Virus record (IMG/VR): IMGVR_UViG_3300028072_000011
Coordinates: 1-40,741 of that record
DNA: 40,741 nt
Strand: one strand, 5' to 3'
Origin: a virus
Taxonomy: Duplodnaviria > Caudoviricetes
Part shown: positions 25,123-39,624 of the stretch, one piece after another
How the letters are laid out: every line of letters starts with the position of its first letter
How positions within the stretch are numbered: position 1 is the first letter of the stretch
Program-made: the position numbers and the translations under genes
Notes under the pieces: generated by a model
Told to the model about the DNA's origin: nothing
Seen by the model: the letters and a program-made list of their open reading frames with translations, nothing else
The model's database searches: none

Positions 25123-25419
25123 ATGCCAGTACCAAGTATATTACAGGCGATATACCCTGCCGCAAAAAGCAAGGATATCTCTGACAATTTGCTCGTAAAA
25201 ACAGGTCAAGGAGTAGTCATTGCCATTATTGTAGGTTCACACACCAACGGCACCATCAAGCTATGGGATAACACATCAGCTGGAGTTGCAGTTTGTATGC
25301 ACACTTACACCTATGCAACAGGTTCACAGGTTATTCCATTGTGGGGATTGCCTTTTACTACCGGATTGTTTGCAACTACAAACGGAACCACGCAAGCTTC
25401 TACCATTCTTTATCAGTAA
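25123..25419 (+). CDS. Small virion structural protein
   Basis: Beta-rich, LVKTGQG...IKLWDNT...GLPFTTGL. Confidence 0.6.
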   Translation: MPVPSILQAIYPAAKSKDISDNLLVKTGQGVVIAIIVGSHTNGTIKLWDNTSAGVAVCMHTYTYATGSQVIPLWGLPFTTGLFATTNGTTQASTILYQ

Positions 25420-25433
25420 AATAATTAAAAACT

Positions 25434-26654
25434 ATGCCACTTAAAACTGTTTCCGACTTAAAAGATTCGGTAGCCGGTATTTTATCGGGACTGGATCTAC
25501 AAAATGTGGATAACCTTTATGGCGCTTTTCAAAGAGCCGTCAGGGTTTTAATCCAAAAAGCAGATATACCGGAAGCAAGTGGTTTGCAGAATATTATTTT
25601 ATATGATGGCGTAACTGATTATCCGGCTAATACGGATATTTTTGGTACGGCAATTAGGGATATCAGACCACAGGGCATAAGCCGAAACCCATGGGACTTT
25701 GTCAACAAGCAATTTGATGATGACTTTGATCGGCAAAAGGGTTGGCTCCCATCAGGCGTAAAAGCCACGTTTGAATACAATGCCGGTGTTCCCACCATCA
25801 GAATTGTATCAGCCAACGTTACCCCAAAGGCCATTATTGATAGTTTAACTGACGACACTGGTTGGGTAGCTTCAGGTTCTGCTTCAGGGTTGGCCGTTGA
25901 TGGTTCAAATTATTACCAGTCACCGGGTTCATTGAGATTTACCTTAACCGGTGCGTCTGTGGGACTTTTAACAAAAACACTTACCACGCCATTGGATTTA
26001 TCAGACGATGAAGATTTAGGCGTAGCATTTTTAGCCATTCAAATTCCAAGCGGAGCTACGGCCGCAAATTTAACTTCTATTCAATTAAAATTGGGTTCAA
26101 GTTCGGGAAATTATAATAACGTTTCAAATACTACCGGATTTTTAGGAGCATGGGTAGCCGGACAATGGTTACTGGTAGCATTTGATTTTTCAGCCGCATC
26201 CGAAACGGGTACGCCCGATTGGAGCGCCATAGATTATGTACAAGTTAGCATTACTCACGCTGGGACATTTACTAATTTTCATGTTGGTGGGCTTTGGATT
26301 TCTATACCTAGGCCAAATCAGATTTTATATCAAACCGCCGCAGTATTCCAAGAGTCAGGTTCCAGTCCGTCAACTAATATTGCAAGCGATAATGATACTA
26401 TTTTGTTTAATGACCCTGCTTTTACTCTGTTTGAGCATGAAGCGTCTATTGCAGTATTAGAACAAACCGGCGGAGCCACAGCAGATTCAACCCTTGCACG
26501 ATTGGAAAGCAAATTGAATGGGGCCCGGGCAAGAAATGGCCAAATTATTACATTGGGACTTTATGATTTATACAAAGGGAATAATCCGAGCCAGTCATTG
26601 AGGCAGGCAGGAAGTTATTATGACATGGACGATGTAACTCAAATAAATTCTTAA
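25434..26654 (+). CDS. Head-tail adaptor-like virion protein with inserted beta-sandwich domain
   Basis: Helical ends around a beta domain (GQWLLVAFDFS...PDWSAIDYVQV); gene position. Confidence 0.55.
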   Translation: MPLKTVSDLKDSVAGILSGLDLQNVDNLYGAFQRAVRVLIQKADIPEASGLQNIILYDGVTDYPANTDIFGTAIRDIRPQGISRNPWDFVNKQFDDDFDRQKGWLPSGVKATFEYNAGVPTIRIVSANVTPKAIIDSLTDDTGWVASGSASGLAVDGSNYYQSPGSLRFTLTGASVGLLTKTLTTPLDLSDDEDLGVAFLAIQIPSGATAANLTSIQLKLGSSSGNYNNVSNTTGFLGAWVAGQWLLVAFDFSAASETGTPDWSAIDYVQVSITHAGTFTNFHVGGLWISIPRPNQILYQTAAVFQESGSSPSTNIASDNDTILFNDPAFTLFEHEASIAVLEQTGGATADSTLARLESKLNGARARNGQIITLGLYDLYKGNNPSQSLRQAGSYYDMDDVTQINS

Positions 26655-26657
26655 TAA

Positions 26658-28523
26658 ATGGCCGATCAATCTTTAGCAAAAAACTTTGACTTTGACTACA
26701 TTGAAGAATTTGCCGGATATAATTCAAGCCGGGACAAGACAAAAATTGCCAAGAATTTTTTTGTTAGGGGTTCACAGAACGTTTATAAAAAGATTTCAGG
26801 AAATATTGCGGTTAGGCCCGGTCAAAAAAGGCGTGGTGCAGTAAATACCGCATTATCACCAATTTCGTCAGAATTCGTATGGAATACATCATGGGGCGTA
26901 ACCTATACCATCATAGTAGCCAATAGTAAGGTTCAGGTTGAATATAACGGGGTTTTTTACGATTTAATTGCATTTACGGCTCAAACTCGTTATGTATTTG
27001 ATAAATGGTGGGATAATACAGAAAAGAAAGACAGGTTGCTTTTTGTGAGGGGAACGGCGGCTATTCGGCACTGGTCCGGCGGTATTGCAGTAATTCAAAG
27101 CACAACTTCTAACACGATCACCAAAGTTGGAGCTGAAAGCTGGCAGTCCGTAGGATTTTCAACCACATCAGGGGAAAAATCTATCACCATTAATGGAAAT
27201 GTTTATACATACACCGGTGGCGAAAGTACCAATACATTAACTGGTGTTTCGGGCAACCCAACTGGTGAAGCCGCAGGGTCCGTAGTTATTCAAACAGTCA
27301 TTATTGAAACTGACAAACCGGCCGCAGGATTCAATGCGGATTTTATAAAAGTTATCAACAACCAAGCATACGTAGGTTCATACACTTCACGACTTTGTTA
27401 CATTTCAAAAAATACTGATTTTAAGGATTATACAGTACCCACGCCAAGAGCGCCCGGTGACCCGGAACTTTTGACATTAGACTCAACATTAAAAGGCATT
27501 ACTATTCGTGACGGAAATGGATTTATCAGTTATGGCACCAGCGAATGGTGTTCTGTTACATTTAATAATATTACTGTAGGAACTACGCTTACCCAGCAGA
27601 CCGTTGTCACTGTGGCACCGGTAGCTAAAAACGCCGCCGCATATGCCCATGAATTTATTGCCAATAGCGGAAACAATATTATTTATCTTTCACAAGATCA
27701 GCAATTAAGAAGCGTGGGGGACTTCAACCAAGGTTTTGTAACTGGATTTCCATCACTTTCGTTAGATGTAAACGCAGAATTAGGCGATGAAAACTTTATC
27801 AATGGAGCTGTAAAATGCATCGGTGAATTTACTTATATTACTGCACCAAATTCAGGAAAAGTTTATTTATTCCAAGTTAGAGAATATATTAATGAACAAG
27901 GCGTAAAAGTAAATGAAAGAACGTGGCATGCACCTTTTGTTTGGAACTTAACCCGGGTTGATGATATTTCAGGCGTAGTGCATGGATTTTCAAATGCCAA
28001 TCCGCAAATTTACGAATTGTGGGATACTGGACAATGGCATGATGACAGCCCAGCCCAAGAAAACTTACCATACACTTGTATTTTAGCAATGGCTTATAGA
28101 AACACTGGAAAGCGAGCCAAATTGCAAGAGTTTGATAAAATTTACACAGAAGGATATTTGACACCGGGTACTCCGCTGAATGTTCAAGTAAATTACGAAT
28201 ACCAAGGGGCCGCATTACAAATTGCTTCAGTCATTAACAGCCAAGCATTGCCGGTATATACGTTTGGTTTAGAAGTTGGTTCATTGGGAGATACCACATT
28301 GGGTGAAAAAGTATTGGGCGACGAAGTGGGAAGCACCAGCGGAGACCCAACTGATTTGGTAAAATTCCGATGCATTAATTCAGTCACGCTGAAAAATAAT
28401 TTTGAGTATCAAATAATTTATTATTCTGATACGGCAGACGCACAGTGGGAAATTGAAGCCATGGGAACAAATGCAGTATTGGCTGACGCCTCGCCAACGT
28501 ATATAATTAATAAAGTAAGATAA
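26658..28523 (+). CDS. Tail nozzle/stabilisation protein (P22 gp10-like by position)
   Basis: 621 aa, beta-rich, F.GYN...NV...G.IAVRPG N-terminus. Confidence 0.6.
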   Translation: MADQSLAKNFDFDYIEEFAGYNSSRDKTKIAKNFFVRGSQNVYKKISGNIAVRPGQKRRGAVNTALSPISSEFVWNTSWGVTYTIIVANSKVQVEYNGVFYDLIAFTAQTRYVFDKWWDNTEKKDRLLFVRGTAAIRHWSGGIAVIQSTTSNTITKVGAESWQSVGFSTTSGEKSITINGNVYTYTGGESTNTLTGVSGNPTGEAAGSVVIQTVIIETDKPAAGFNADFIKVINNQAYVGSYTSRLCYISKNTDFKDYTVPTPRAPGDPELLTLDSTLKGITIRDGNGFISYGTSEWCSVTFNNITVGTTLTQQTVVTVAPVAKNAAAYAHEFIANSGNNIIYLSQDQQLRSVGDFNQGFVTGFPSLSLDVNAELGDENFINGAVKCIGEFTYITAPNSGKVYLFQVREYINEQGVKVNERTWHAPFVWNLTRVDDISGVVHGFSNANPQIYELWDTGQWHDDSPAQENLPYTCILAMAYRNTGKRAKLQEFDKIYTEGYLTPGTPLNVQVNYEYQGAALQIASVINSQALPVYTFGLEVGSLGDTTLGEKVLGDEVGSTSGDPTDLVKFRCINSVTLKNNFEYQIIYYSDTADAQWEIEAMGTNAVLADASPTYIINKVR

Positions 28524-28527
28524 AACT

Positions 28528-29667
28528 ATGTCAAAATTTGCACCATTTGGAGCCCAGACATTCTATCTCGGAAGTTCTATCAGCTCCACCGCTACAACTA
28601 TTCTTCTATCATCTTTTGTAGAGCCGGTAACAGGTACGCCTTATACTATGGCTCTTTTGAACACCGATATTGCTTATGGAACTATTGGACCAAAAACATC
28701 ATCAGCAGAATTTATTTCTTTTACTGGCATTACGCAAAATTCAGACGGCACCGCTACTCTTACCGGTGTTACAAGAGGACTTGCAAAAAAATATCCTTTT
28801 GCAACTGACAGTGCATATAAATTACCGCATGCAGGACAATCTGTATTTATTATTTCAGATGCACCACAATTATTTAACAAATATGTTTCGTTAGAAAATG
28901 CAGAAACAATTTCAGGTAAAAAAACATTTCCAGCTTCAGGAAATGCCAATGCTCCAGTAGCAGGAACAGTATATGCCACTCCAACTGATGACTTAGAATA
29001 TGCAACAAAAAAGTACGTAGACACTGTGGCTTTGCAGGGAGCACCGGATGCTTCTACAACTGTTAAGGGAGTATCAAAAATGTCAGTGGCACCGGCTTCT
29101 GCCACTGGGCCTATTGCTGTAGGTGACAATGACCCACGTGTTCCAACCGCCGCACAAGTTGGCTATATTCCAACCTCTGCACAAAAAGATGCACTGGCCG
29201 GAACAGGAACGCCATCAGGTTCAAATAAATTTGTAACAGCAGATACTGATGCACTAAAAGAATTATTAGCCAACAAAGATACTGATGGAACACTAGCGGC
29301 AAATTCTGATACTAAATATCCTTCTCAAAAAGCTGTTAAAACTTATGCAGATACAAAAGAAGGACCTGTTGCGAGTGTAGCAAGTGCTACGATTGATGGT
29401 GCAGGACATCAAGTTACTAAAGATAGTATCGTATATGGATATGGAGGAAGACCTTTTGACGGAGGAGCCAGTGCAGCTTCTATCACATGTTATTCTGACT
29501 CAAATAGTACACCCACTACTGTTGTTCAAAAGTTTGTTGGTACTGCGGCACAAGCAAGTCATTATGGTAGTTATTGTTTCTTTGTTAAAGCAGGAAATTA
29601 TTATAAAATATCTGCTAGTTATGGTACTGGTGGGGATGGAGCAGGATTTATAATTTCATTCACATAA
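28528..29667 (+). CDS. Tail fibre/spike protein
   Basis: LTGVTRGL, ATKKYVD, DASTTVKGVSK, YPSQKAVKTYAD fibre motifs. Confidence 0.75.
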   Translation: MSKFAPFGAQTFYLGSSISSTATTILLSSFVEPVTGTPYTMALLNTDIAYGTIGPKTSSAEFISFTGITQNSDGTATLTGVTRGLAKKYPFATDSAYKLPHAGQSVFIISDAPQLFNKYVSLENAETISGKKTFPASGNANAPVAGTVYATPTDDLEYATKKYVDTVALQGAPDASTTVKGVSKMSVAPASATGPIAVGDNDPRVPTAAQVGYIPTSAQKDALAGTGTPSGSNKFVTADTDALKELLANKDTDGTLAANSDTKYPSQKAVKTYADTKEGPVASVASATIDGAGHQVTKDSIVYGYGGRPFDGGASAASITCYSDSNSTPTTVVQKFVGTAAQASHYGSYCFFVKAGNYYKISASYGTGGDGAGFIISFT

Positions 29668-29676
29668 TAAAATTAT

Positions 29677-31908
29677 ATGGCAGATACAGCAACAGTATTA
29701 ACGCCTCAACAACAGGCAACACAGCAAACAGGATTAGATCCGTCAAAAGGTTTAACGCCTGTTCAGTTATTAGATTATAACCAAGCATTAGCTAATATTA
29801 CTGGAACAAAAACATCTGCCAATACTGCGCCCTCTGGTGGTGCAATGGTTAAGAACGATCAGCCAAAAGTATCTACAACCACTATTTCTAATGCGAACAA
29901 ATTAAATCAAGCACCTAGTATTATTTCTCAATCTGACCAGTACGCCGCCACAAAAGGAATTACAACTGATGCCAGTGGCGTAGCACGATATCCTAACGGA
30001 AGTATTGTGCCAACTTCACCGCAAGACCAATATAATACGTATTTGAATAATGGTGGCAATTTAAGCCAAGCAGAATGGCAGAATGCAGGCATGCCTACCA
30101 CTGCTTCAGCCGGTATTGGAACAGGAGGAGCTGATAGCGGAGCACAGCCATTGGTAACCGCCGACACCTCTTCAGAAGATGAAAAGTTGCAAGCTAATTT
30201 AGACAAGGTGCAAGCTGAAAGCGATGCATATACGGCCTCAATTATTGAAAGCATTAAAAGCCAATATGATAGTTTAATCAGGCAACAGGGTGATATTAAT
30301 GATAGGGCCGTAAAAGGCACTACCAACGCTTTGTTAATGGGGGGCGTTACAGGGGGTGGAGGTTCAGCACAATACGCACCTATTTCAAGCGGAGCTATCA
30401 TACAGGGGCAATTAAGCTATGGATTGTCACAAATTGCTGACTTGAATGCCAAAGAAGATGCCGCTATTGCCACTGCAAAGCAGGCACAACTTACCAATAA
30501 TATAAAGTTGATGGAAGAACAGAATGCCATTATCCAAAAGACCCGAGACGAAAAGGTAGCATTGGCCCAAAAGCAAAATGATTTGATTTTAGAAGCTAAC
30601 CAAAAACTTGCCGACCAAAAGTTGCAGGCCACAAAGGATGAACAGATTGGGAAGATTATGACAAGTGGAGTAACTGACCCTGCTGAAATATTAAAGCAAT
30701 TAAGGGCTAATGGAATTACCACTATTACCGCCAAAGATATTACCGACACTATTGCAAACCTTAACCCAAATCAAAAAGCCGTTACCGATATTATGGCCGA
30801 AGCCGCAAAGAACGGGGCCAGCAAAGATATTATTTCAGCCATTGGCCAAGCCAAGAATGTTGAACAAGCCATTAGTGCCGCAGGAATGTATCTGCAAAGT
30901 GCCACCGGTGAAATGGGTGACTACCTAAATTACAAGCGAAATGCCGTATCAAGTGGACTTACACCACTTGCTTTTGATGCATGGCAGAAGCAACAAGATC
31001 AGCGTTCTATTAATCAAAAATCAGCTGAAGCATACGCAACTCAATATGCAAAGAATAAAGCAGATTTAGCCAATGGTGTTACGCAAACTGACCCAAGTAC
31101 TGTCATTTCTGCTAACCCTGACAGCCAAAGTATTTTGTCTCAAACAGGTTTAACTGTGCAGGCCTTTAACTTTTTGACGCAAGGAACATCTGCACTTACA
31201 AGAATGACAGCCGCCGAACGACAAAAGTACATGAACGAAGCCAATGCATGGCTTAATAAAAATGGCATTGATATTTCAACGTTTCAATCACAGTACAAAG
31301 CGTATAATAATGTGGTTGAAAAGAATATTGAAAGGGCTAATAACACTAAGATATTCTCGGGTGAAGTTACCGGAACTGTGGACCAATTCTTAAGTGATGT
31401 TGGCAATGATTTTGGAAAACTAAAAGCCGGCAATATTGCTAAACTGTTTGCAGGCGAACAAGTAAATGACCCAACTATTCAAAAGTACGCATTTAACTTG
31501 CATACGATGCAGAATGATTTAGCTGGATACTATGCCGCTTCACGAGGTGATAATCAGCCTAATGATTCTGATTTACGGGCCGCCGCAGAAGTTATCAAGA
31601 ATGGTATGAGCAGTGGAAGCGCCCAAGCATTCAAAGATTCTATTACTTCAAACGAAGAAAAGGTTACAGGTGTAGTGAATAAGGGAGTAGACACTGCCCG
31701 TCAGCAGGTGTGGAATTTGTTTGGGGTAGGCAGTAAATTCAAAGCACCAGCCGTTCAAGTAAGTCCTGATACAGCCAAGAAAAGTATTAACGATTATATT
31801 ACCAGTAACCCGGCAGATGCAGAAAAGATTGCCCAAATGTATAGTGTACCCGGTGCTACGGATGTGGATATTTATAATAATCTAAAAGCACGTGGTATCA
31901 TAAAATAA
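29677..31908 (+). CDS. DNA ejection/internal virion protein
   Basis: 743 aa, Q/A/N-rich helical coiled coil; podovirus gene position. Confidence 0.6.
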   Translation: MADTATVLTPQQQATQQTGLDPSKGLTPVQLLDYNQALANITGTKTSANTAPSGGAMVKNDQPKVSTTTISNANKLNQAPSIISQSDQYAATKGITTDASGVARYPNGSIVPTSPQDQYNTYLNNGGNLSQAEWQNAGMPTTASAGIGTGGADSGAQPLVTADTSSEDEKLQANLDKVQAESDAYTASIIESIKSQYDSLIRQQGDINDRAVKGTTNALLMGGVTGGGGSAQYAPISSGAIIQGQLSYGLSQIADLNAKEDAAIATAKQAQLTNNIKLMEEQNAIIQKTRDEKVALAQKQNDLILEANQKLADQKLQATKDEQIGKIMTSGVTDPAEILKQLRANGITTITAKDITDTIANLNPNQKAVTDIMAEAAKNGASKDIISAIGQAKNVEQAISAAGMYLQSATGEMGDYLNYKRNAVSSGLTPLAFDAWQKQQDQRSINQKSAEAYATQYAKNKADLANGVTQTDPSTVISANPDSQSILSQTGLTVQAFNFLTQGTSALTRMTAAERQKYMNEANAWLNKNGIDISTFQSQYKAYNNVVEKNIERANNTKIFSGEVTGTVDQFLSDVGNDFGKLKAGNIAKLFAGEQVNDPTIQKYAFNLHTMQNDLAGYYAASRGDNQPNDSDLRAAAEVIKNGMSSGSAQAFKDSITSNEEKVTGVVNKGVDTARQQVWNLFGVGSKFKAPAVQVSPDTAKKSINDYITSNPADAEKIAQMYSVPGATDVDIYNNLKARGIIK

Positions 31909-31909
31909 T

Positions 31910-33730
31910 ATGCAAGATTTTACTTCACAATTTGATGCCATTTGGGGCAAGCCAACACCTACGCAGAATAATCCGCAGGCAACTTCTCGTGCCGATGAAA
32001 TTAGGGCTATTGCAAAACAAGCTACAAGGGATCAGCAAATAAAACAAAACCAGCCCGAACCTCTTATTAAAAGTACTGTAAAAAATTACGCAGACACTAT
32101 TAAGAATGCACCAAGTGATATTTTCAATGAATTAAACAGGGGAAATTCAGAGCCTGATAAAGCAGTAAGTGCAAATCCCGTTATTCGTGCTGGTGAAAAT
32201 GCATTAGGGGGAACAGCAGCAGTTATTAACACTATCTTTGCACCTTTTGGAGCCGCTGCTAAGGCACTGACTGACAGCGTTTCAAAACAAATAGAAAATA
32301 AAATTGATATTAATAATCCTACTCTTGGAAAGATTGCTGATTTTGTTCAAAGCAACACCGATAAAATCTCAAAGTTAGCACAGGAACATCCCGAAGCCGC
32401 AAGGAATTTGGGTAATGCATTTAGCGTTGTTTTAACGGCTTTATCGGGCGAAGAGGGCGGAAAGATTGCCCCGGGCATGGGTAAGGGATTAGATACAGAA
32501 ATATTACCGGGAACATTCAAAAATCCTATGCCGTTAATTGATGCAACTAAAAAGAGCGCTACCGATATTGCAGGAGGAGCCAAAAGTGCCGCTGAAAATA
32601 TTGTTAGCGGTGCAAAGAATATTACCGAAAAGGTAGGAGGCAAGGCCGCAGAAATTATTAAAGGAAAACCCGAAGCTGAAATTTTAGCCACCAAGCCCGA
32701 AGATGTGTATAAGTTAAAGCCAGCAGAACGGCAGGTTTGGTTTGATAACGCAAAAAGTCAGGTTGAAACTCAAAGCAAATTAGCTTCTGACCAAGCCAAG
32801 CAAACGTTAATTAAGCAAACGGAAGCGACTACCAAAATGACAGAAGATTTGCAGAAAGAATTGGCCTCAACTTCTAGGGATAAGGTAATTGAACTGCGGC
32901 CAAAGATTGTACAGGCCATGGGCGAACAGTCAAAAACGTATAGAGGTTTGATTGAAGAGGCCATGCATGGAAAAGAAGATTTAGCCGTAAGCAAATCAAA
33001 GCTGGGACAATTTATTGACTCAAAAGCAGTAGATGCTGACCAAGCCGCACAAATTAAGGCTAAATTGGGAATTAATCCCGGGCCAAAAGGTGGCCAACCA
33101 ACCGGCAAGACCACATTTGGGGACATTTACGATACCGCAAAATCCATTAAGCAAGACATCAGCAGTGCCGGTGCAAAAGGAACTCGCACATTTACTTCAG
33201 ATGATTTAATGGCCGATAAGTCCGTTAAAATGCTGACTGAATTTATGAATAAGGAAGGTGGTATTGACTTTAAGGAAGCCAATAGATTTTGGGCCAAGTA
33301 TGCTCCTATTCGGGATCAAATGGTTGCAGAGGCAAAGCCATTTAACCTTGCAGGAACTAAGACAAAAACATTTGCTAACACATTAAGCAGGGTAGCCCAA
33401 GGAAAGGATATCAACAACGAAAACTTTATCAGCCAAGTTGAAGACATTTTGGGTAAGCCAGTTAATACCGAAAACAAAGCTATTGTAGTCAAATTGGGTG
33501 CAAATGAAAAAACCGCCATTGCAAATAAAATAGCGGAAGGTGAAAAGCAGATTGATATTGAATTATCAAAGCAAGAACAATTAGGGAAAATTAAGAGTGC
33601 CGAGCTGGAAGCCAAAAGAAGTGCTAGAATGAGAGATTGGACCCGGGGAATAATGAAAATCGTTGCCGGTGGAGCAATAGGGGTTGAGTTGGATAGGGCA
33701 CTCAAAAAGTATACCGGTATTGGGTTTTAG
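31910..33730 (+). CDS. DNA ejection/internal virion protein
   Basis: 606 aa, A/K-rich helical. Confidence 0.6.
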   Translation: MQDFTSQFDAIWGKPTPTQNNPQATSRADEIRAIAKQATRDQQIKQNQPEPLIKSTVKNYADTIKNAPSDIFNELNRGNSEPDKAVSANPVIRAGENALGGTAAVINTIFAPFGAAAKALTDSVSKQIENKIDINNPTLGKIADFVQSNTDKISKLAQEHPEAARNLGNAFSVVLTALSGEEGGKIAPGMGKGLDTEILPGTFKNPMPLIDATKKSATDIAGGAKSAAENIVSGAKNITEKVGGKAAEIIKGKPEAEILATKPEDVYKLKPAERQVWFDNAKSQVETQSKLASDQAKQTLIKQTEATTKMTEDLQKELASTSRDKVIELRPKIVQAMGEQSKTYRGLIEEAMHGKEDLAVSKSKLGQFIDSKAVDADQAAQIKAKLGINPGPKGGQPTGKTTFGDIYDTAKSIKQDISSAGAKGTRTFTSDDLMADKSVKMLTEFMNKEGGIDFKEANRFWAKYAPIRDQMVAEAKPFNLAGTKTKTFANTLSRVAQGKDINNENFISQVEDILGKPVNTENKAIVVKLGANEKTAIANKIAEGEKQIDIELSKQEQLGKIKSAELEAKRSARMRDWTRGIMKIVAGGAIGVELDRALKKYTGIGF

Positions 33731-33807
33731 CTAAAAAACGAGGCCAAATCCTCAAAAGCACCGGATACCCATGCAAACCCTATGAGAAATAGTATTGCTA
33801 ATATCAT
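33727..33807 (-). CDS. 26-aa hydrophobic membrane peptide, the only supported minus-strand gene
   Basis: MILAILFLIGFAWVSGAFEDLASFFS*; has its own promoter; fills the intergenic gap. Confidence 0.65.
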   Translation of the reverse strand: MILAILFLIGFAWVSGAFEDLASFFS

Positions 33808-33813
33808 AGTGTA

Positions 33814-33841
33814 ATCTTACCATATTAAAGGTTAAAAGTCA

Positions 33842-33842
<1 letters not shown>
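33814..33842 (-). promoter_or_regulatory. Minus-strand sigma70 promoter (leaderless)
   Basis: TTGACT (33842-33837), 17 nt spacer ending TGG, TAAGAT (33819-33814), 6 nt before the ATG. Confidence 0.7.
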
Positions 33843-37488
<3,646 letters not shown>

Positions 37489-37491
37489 TAT

Positions 37492-38625
37492 ATGGCAGAT
37501 AGATATTGGGTAGGAGGGGCCGGAACATGGGACGGCTCATCAACAACACATTGGGCCGCGTCTTCAGGAGGTTCAAGCGGAGCATCTGTCCCCACTAGTG
37601 CGGATAATGTTTTTGTAGACTCAAATTCTGGTTTTAGTAGTGGTGGAACAATAACATTGGCAGTTGGAAATAGAAATATGAATGATTTTACTTCTTCAGT
37701 CGGCCATTCTTATACGATTGATGGAGGTACTAACAGTGCAAACTTTAATATATATGGTTCTTGTACTTTAGAATCTGGTTTTACTTTTAGTGGCAATGGG
37801 GGTTTATCTTTTCAAGCAACTGCAACAGGAAAAACTATTACTGCTGCTGGAGCAACCTTGACAACGATAAACTTTTACAGTGCTGGAGGTGGGTGGACTT
37901 TGCAAGACGATATGGTAGCTAATGATTTATATATCCAAAATGGAACATTAGATGCCAATGGACACAACATAACGTGTCATGGATATTACTTTTATGCTAC
38001 TACTGGAAATACCCCAACTATTAATATGGGTTCCGGCAATTGGATAATATCAAGTAACGATGTAGATGATAATGATAGTGGTGGAGGAGTATGGTGGGTT
38101 GATGAAAATAACTCTCAAACTGTTACCTTTAATCCTAGTACCTCAACAATAAAACTTACCGATAGTACAGCAAATAGTAAAACATTTTTTCATAGTATTG
38201 ATGGTGTTGCTGGGGGAGGGCATACATATAATAATATTTGGTTTTCTCCAGGGTCTGGTACTGGAAGTCTTATTATTGTGGGATCAAATACATTTAATGA
38301 TTTTAAGGATAATGGAACGGCCGCACATTCAATACTTTTTACTCATGGAACAACTACAACTGTAACCACTTTTACAGTAACAGGAAGTGCCGGAAACTTA
38401 ATCACCATTAATAGTGATACTACTGCAACACATTCTCTAGTAAAATCTGGTGGTGGCGTAATATCTTGTGATTACCTTAGTATTCAACATTCAGTAGCAA
38501 CTCCGGGAAGTACATGGTATGCAGGATTAAATAGTACAAATAATCAAGGAGTATCAACTGCTGGTAGTGGTTGGATATTTACAGCTCCTCCTGCCCTCGG
38601 TAATATGTTACTTATGTTTAGGTAA
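37492..38625 (+). CDS. G/S/T/N-rich beta-helix-like virion adhesin
   Basis: RYWVGGAGTW...W...SGG..GASVPTSADNV; ends GWIFTAPP. Confidence 0.65.
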   Translation: MADRYWVGGAGTWDGSSTTHWAASSGGSSGASVPTSADNVFVDSNSGFSSGGTITLAVGNRNMNDFTSSVGHSYTIDGGTNSANFNIYGSCTLESGFTFSGNGGLSFQATATGKTITAAGATLTTINFYSAGGGWTLQDDMVANDLYIQNGTLDANGHNITCHGYYFYATTGNTPTINMGSGNWIISSNDVDDNDSGGGVWWVDENNSQTVTFNPSTSTIKLTDSTANSKTFFHSIDGVAGGGHTYNNIWFSPGSGTGSLIIVGSNTFNDFKDNGTAAHSILFTHGTTTTVTTFTVTGSAGNLITINSDTTATHSLVKSGGGVISCDYLSIQHSVATPGSTWYAGLNSTNNQGVSTAGSGWIFTAPPALGNMLLMFR

Positions 38626-38630
38626 AGGTA

Positions 38631-38718
38631 TTGACATTGTTTCTTGATAGACTACAATTAATATATCATCCTTGCGGATAGAAAGCGCCACATTTTCGCA
38701 AGGAGTGTGGCGCTTTCT
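38631..38718 (+). promoter_or_regulatory. Promoter and structured leader of the glycosylation operon
   Basis: TTGACA 38631-38636, 16 nt spacer, TACAAT 38653-38658; then two interleaved stems at 38669-38718. Confidence 0.7.
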
Positions 38719-38730
38719 GTAAAAAATATT

Positions 38731-39624
38731 ATGCCAAGAATATCAGCCGTATTAATTGTAAAAAACGAAGAAGCACTATTATCTAAATGTTTAGACTCTG
38801 TTAAGGGAGTTGACGAGATAATTGTTTGCGATACCGGAAGCCAAGATAAAACTGTTGAGATAGCAAAAAAATACACCGACAAAGTTGTCTTTTTTGAATG
38901 GTGTGATAATTTTGCAAAGGCAAGAAACTATGCAAAATCATTTGCTACCGGGGACTGGATTTTATCCATTGATGCTGACGAATACTTGCATGACTTTTCA
39001 AAACTAAAAGAGGCTATTGAAGAAGCGGACGCAAAAGGAATGTTAGCCATTAATGTGACTATGGTAGCCGAAGATAACGGGCAAAAGTTTGCATTCCCAA
39101 GAGTATTTAAGAATTCACCACAAGTTTGGTGGGAGGGGGCTATACATAATCATATTAGCGTGGTAGGTGAAGACATTGGAAGTGTGCATATTACTCATGG
39201 ATACAGTCCGGCACATTTATTAGACCCTAATCGTTCTTTTAGGATTTTGGAAAAAGAAGTAAAAGAAAAAGGTAACGGCCGGGAAATGTACTATTTAGGC
39301 CGAGAATATTGGTATAGAAAAGATTATGAAAGTTGTGTACGAATGATGGGAAGATATGTACAAGTATCAAGGTTTATTTCAGAAAAAGCAGACGCATTCT
39401 TAATTATGGCACGATGCTATTTTCAAATGGGAATGGGTGACGATGCAAGGGATGCATGCGTACAGGCATTAATTCTAAACGCAAACTTTAAGGAAGCGTT
39501 ATTGTTTATGGCTAGGTTGGCCGGGGACGGAACAGGCAATGCCAAATGGCAAAAGAATGCTGATCAATGGAAACGAATGGCCGCCACTGCCGACAACAGC
39601 GATGTATTATTTATCAGAAACTAA
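38731..39624 (+). CDS. GT2 glycosyltransferase with C-terminal TPR repeats (protein O-glycosyltransferase architecture)
   Basis: ISAVLIVKNEE..L..CL.SV..VDEIIVCDTGSQDKT, F..ARN, WILSIDADE, W.G.IH, ITHGY, YYLGREY TPR. Confidence 0.92.
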   Translation: MPRISAVLIVKNEEALLSKCLDSVKGVDEIIVCDTGSQDKTVEIAKKYTDKVVFFEWCDNFAKARNYAKSFATGDWILSIDADEYLHDFSKLKEAIEEADAKGMLAINVTMVAEDNGQKFAFPRVFKNSPQVWWEGAIHNHISVVGEDIGSVHITHGYSPAHLLDPNRSFRILEKEVKEKGNGREMYYLGREYWYRKDYESCVRMMGRYVQVSRFISEKADAFLIMARCYFQMGMGDDARDACVQALILNANFKEALLFMARLAGDGTGNAKWQKNADQWKRMAATADNSDVLFIRN

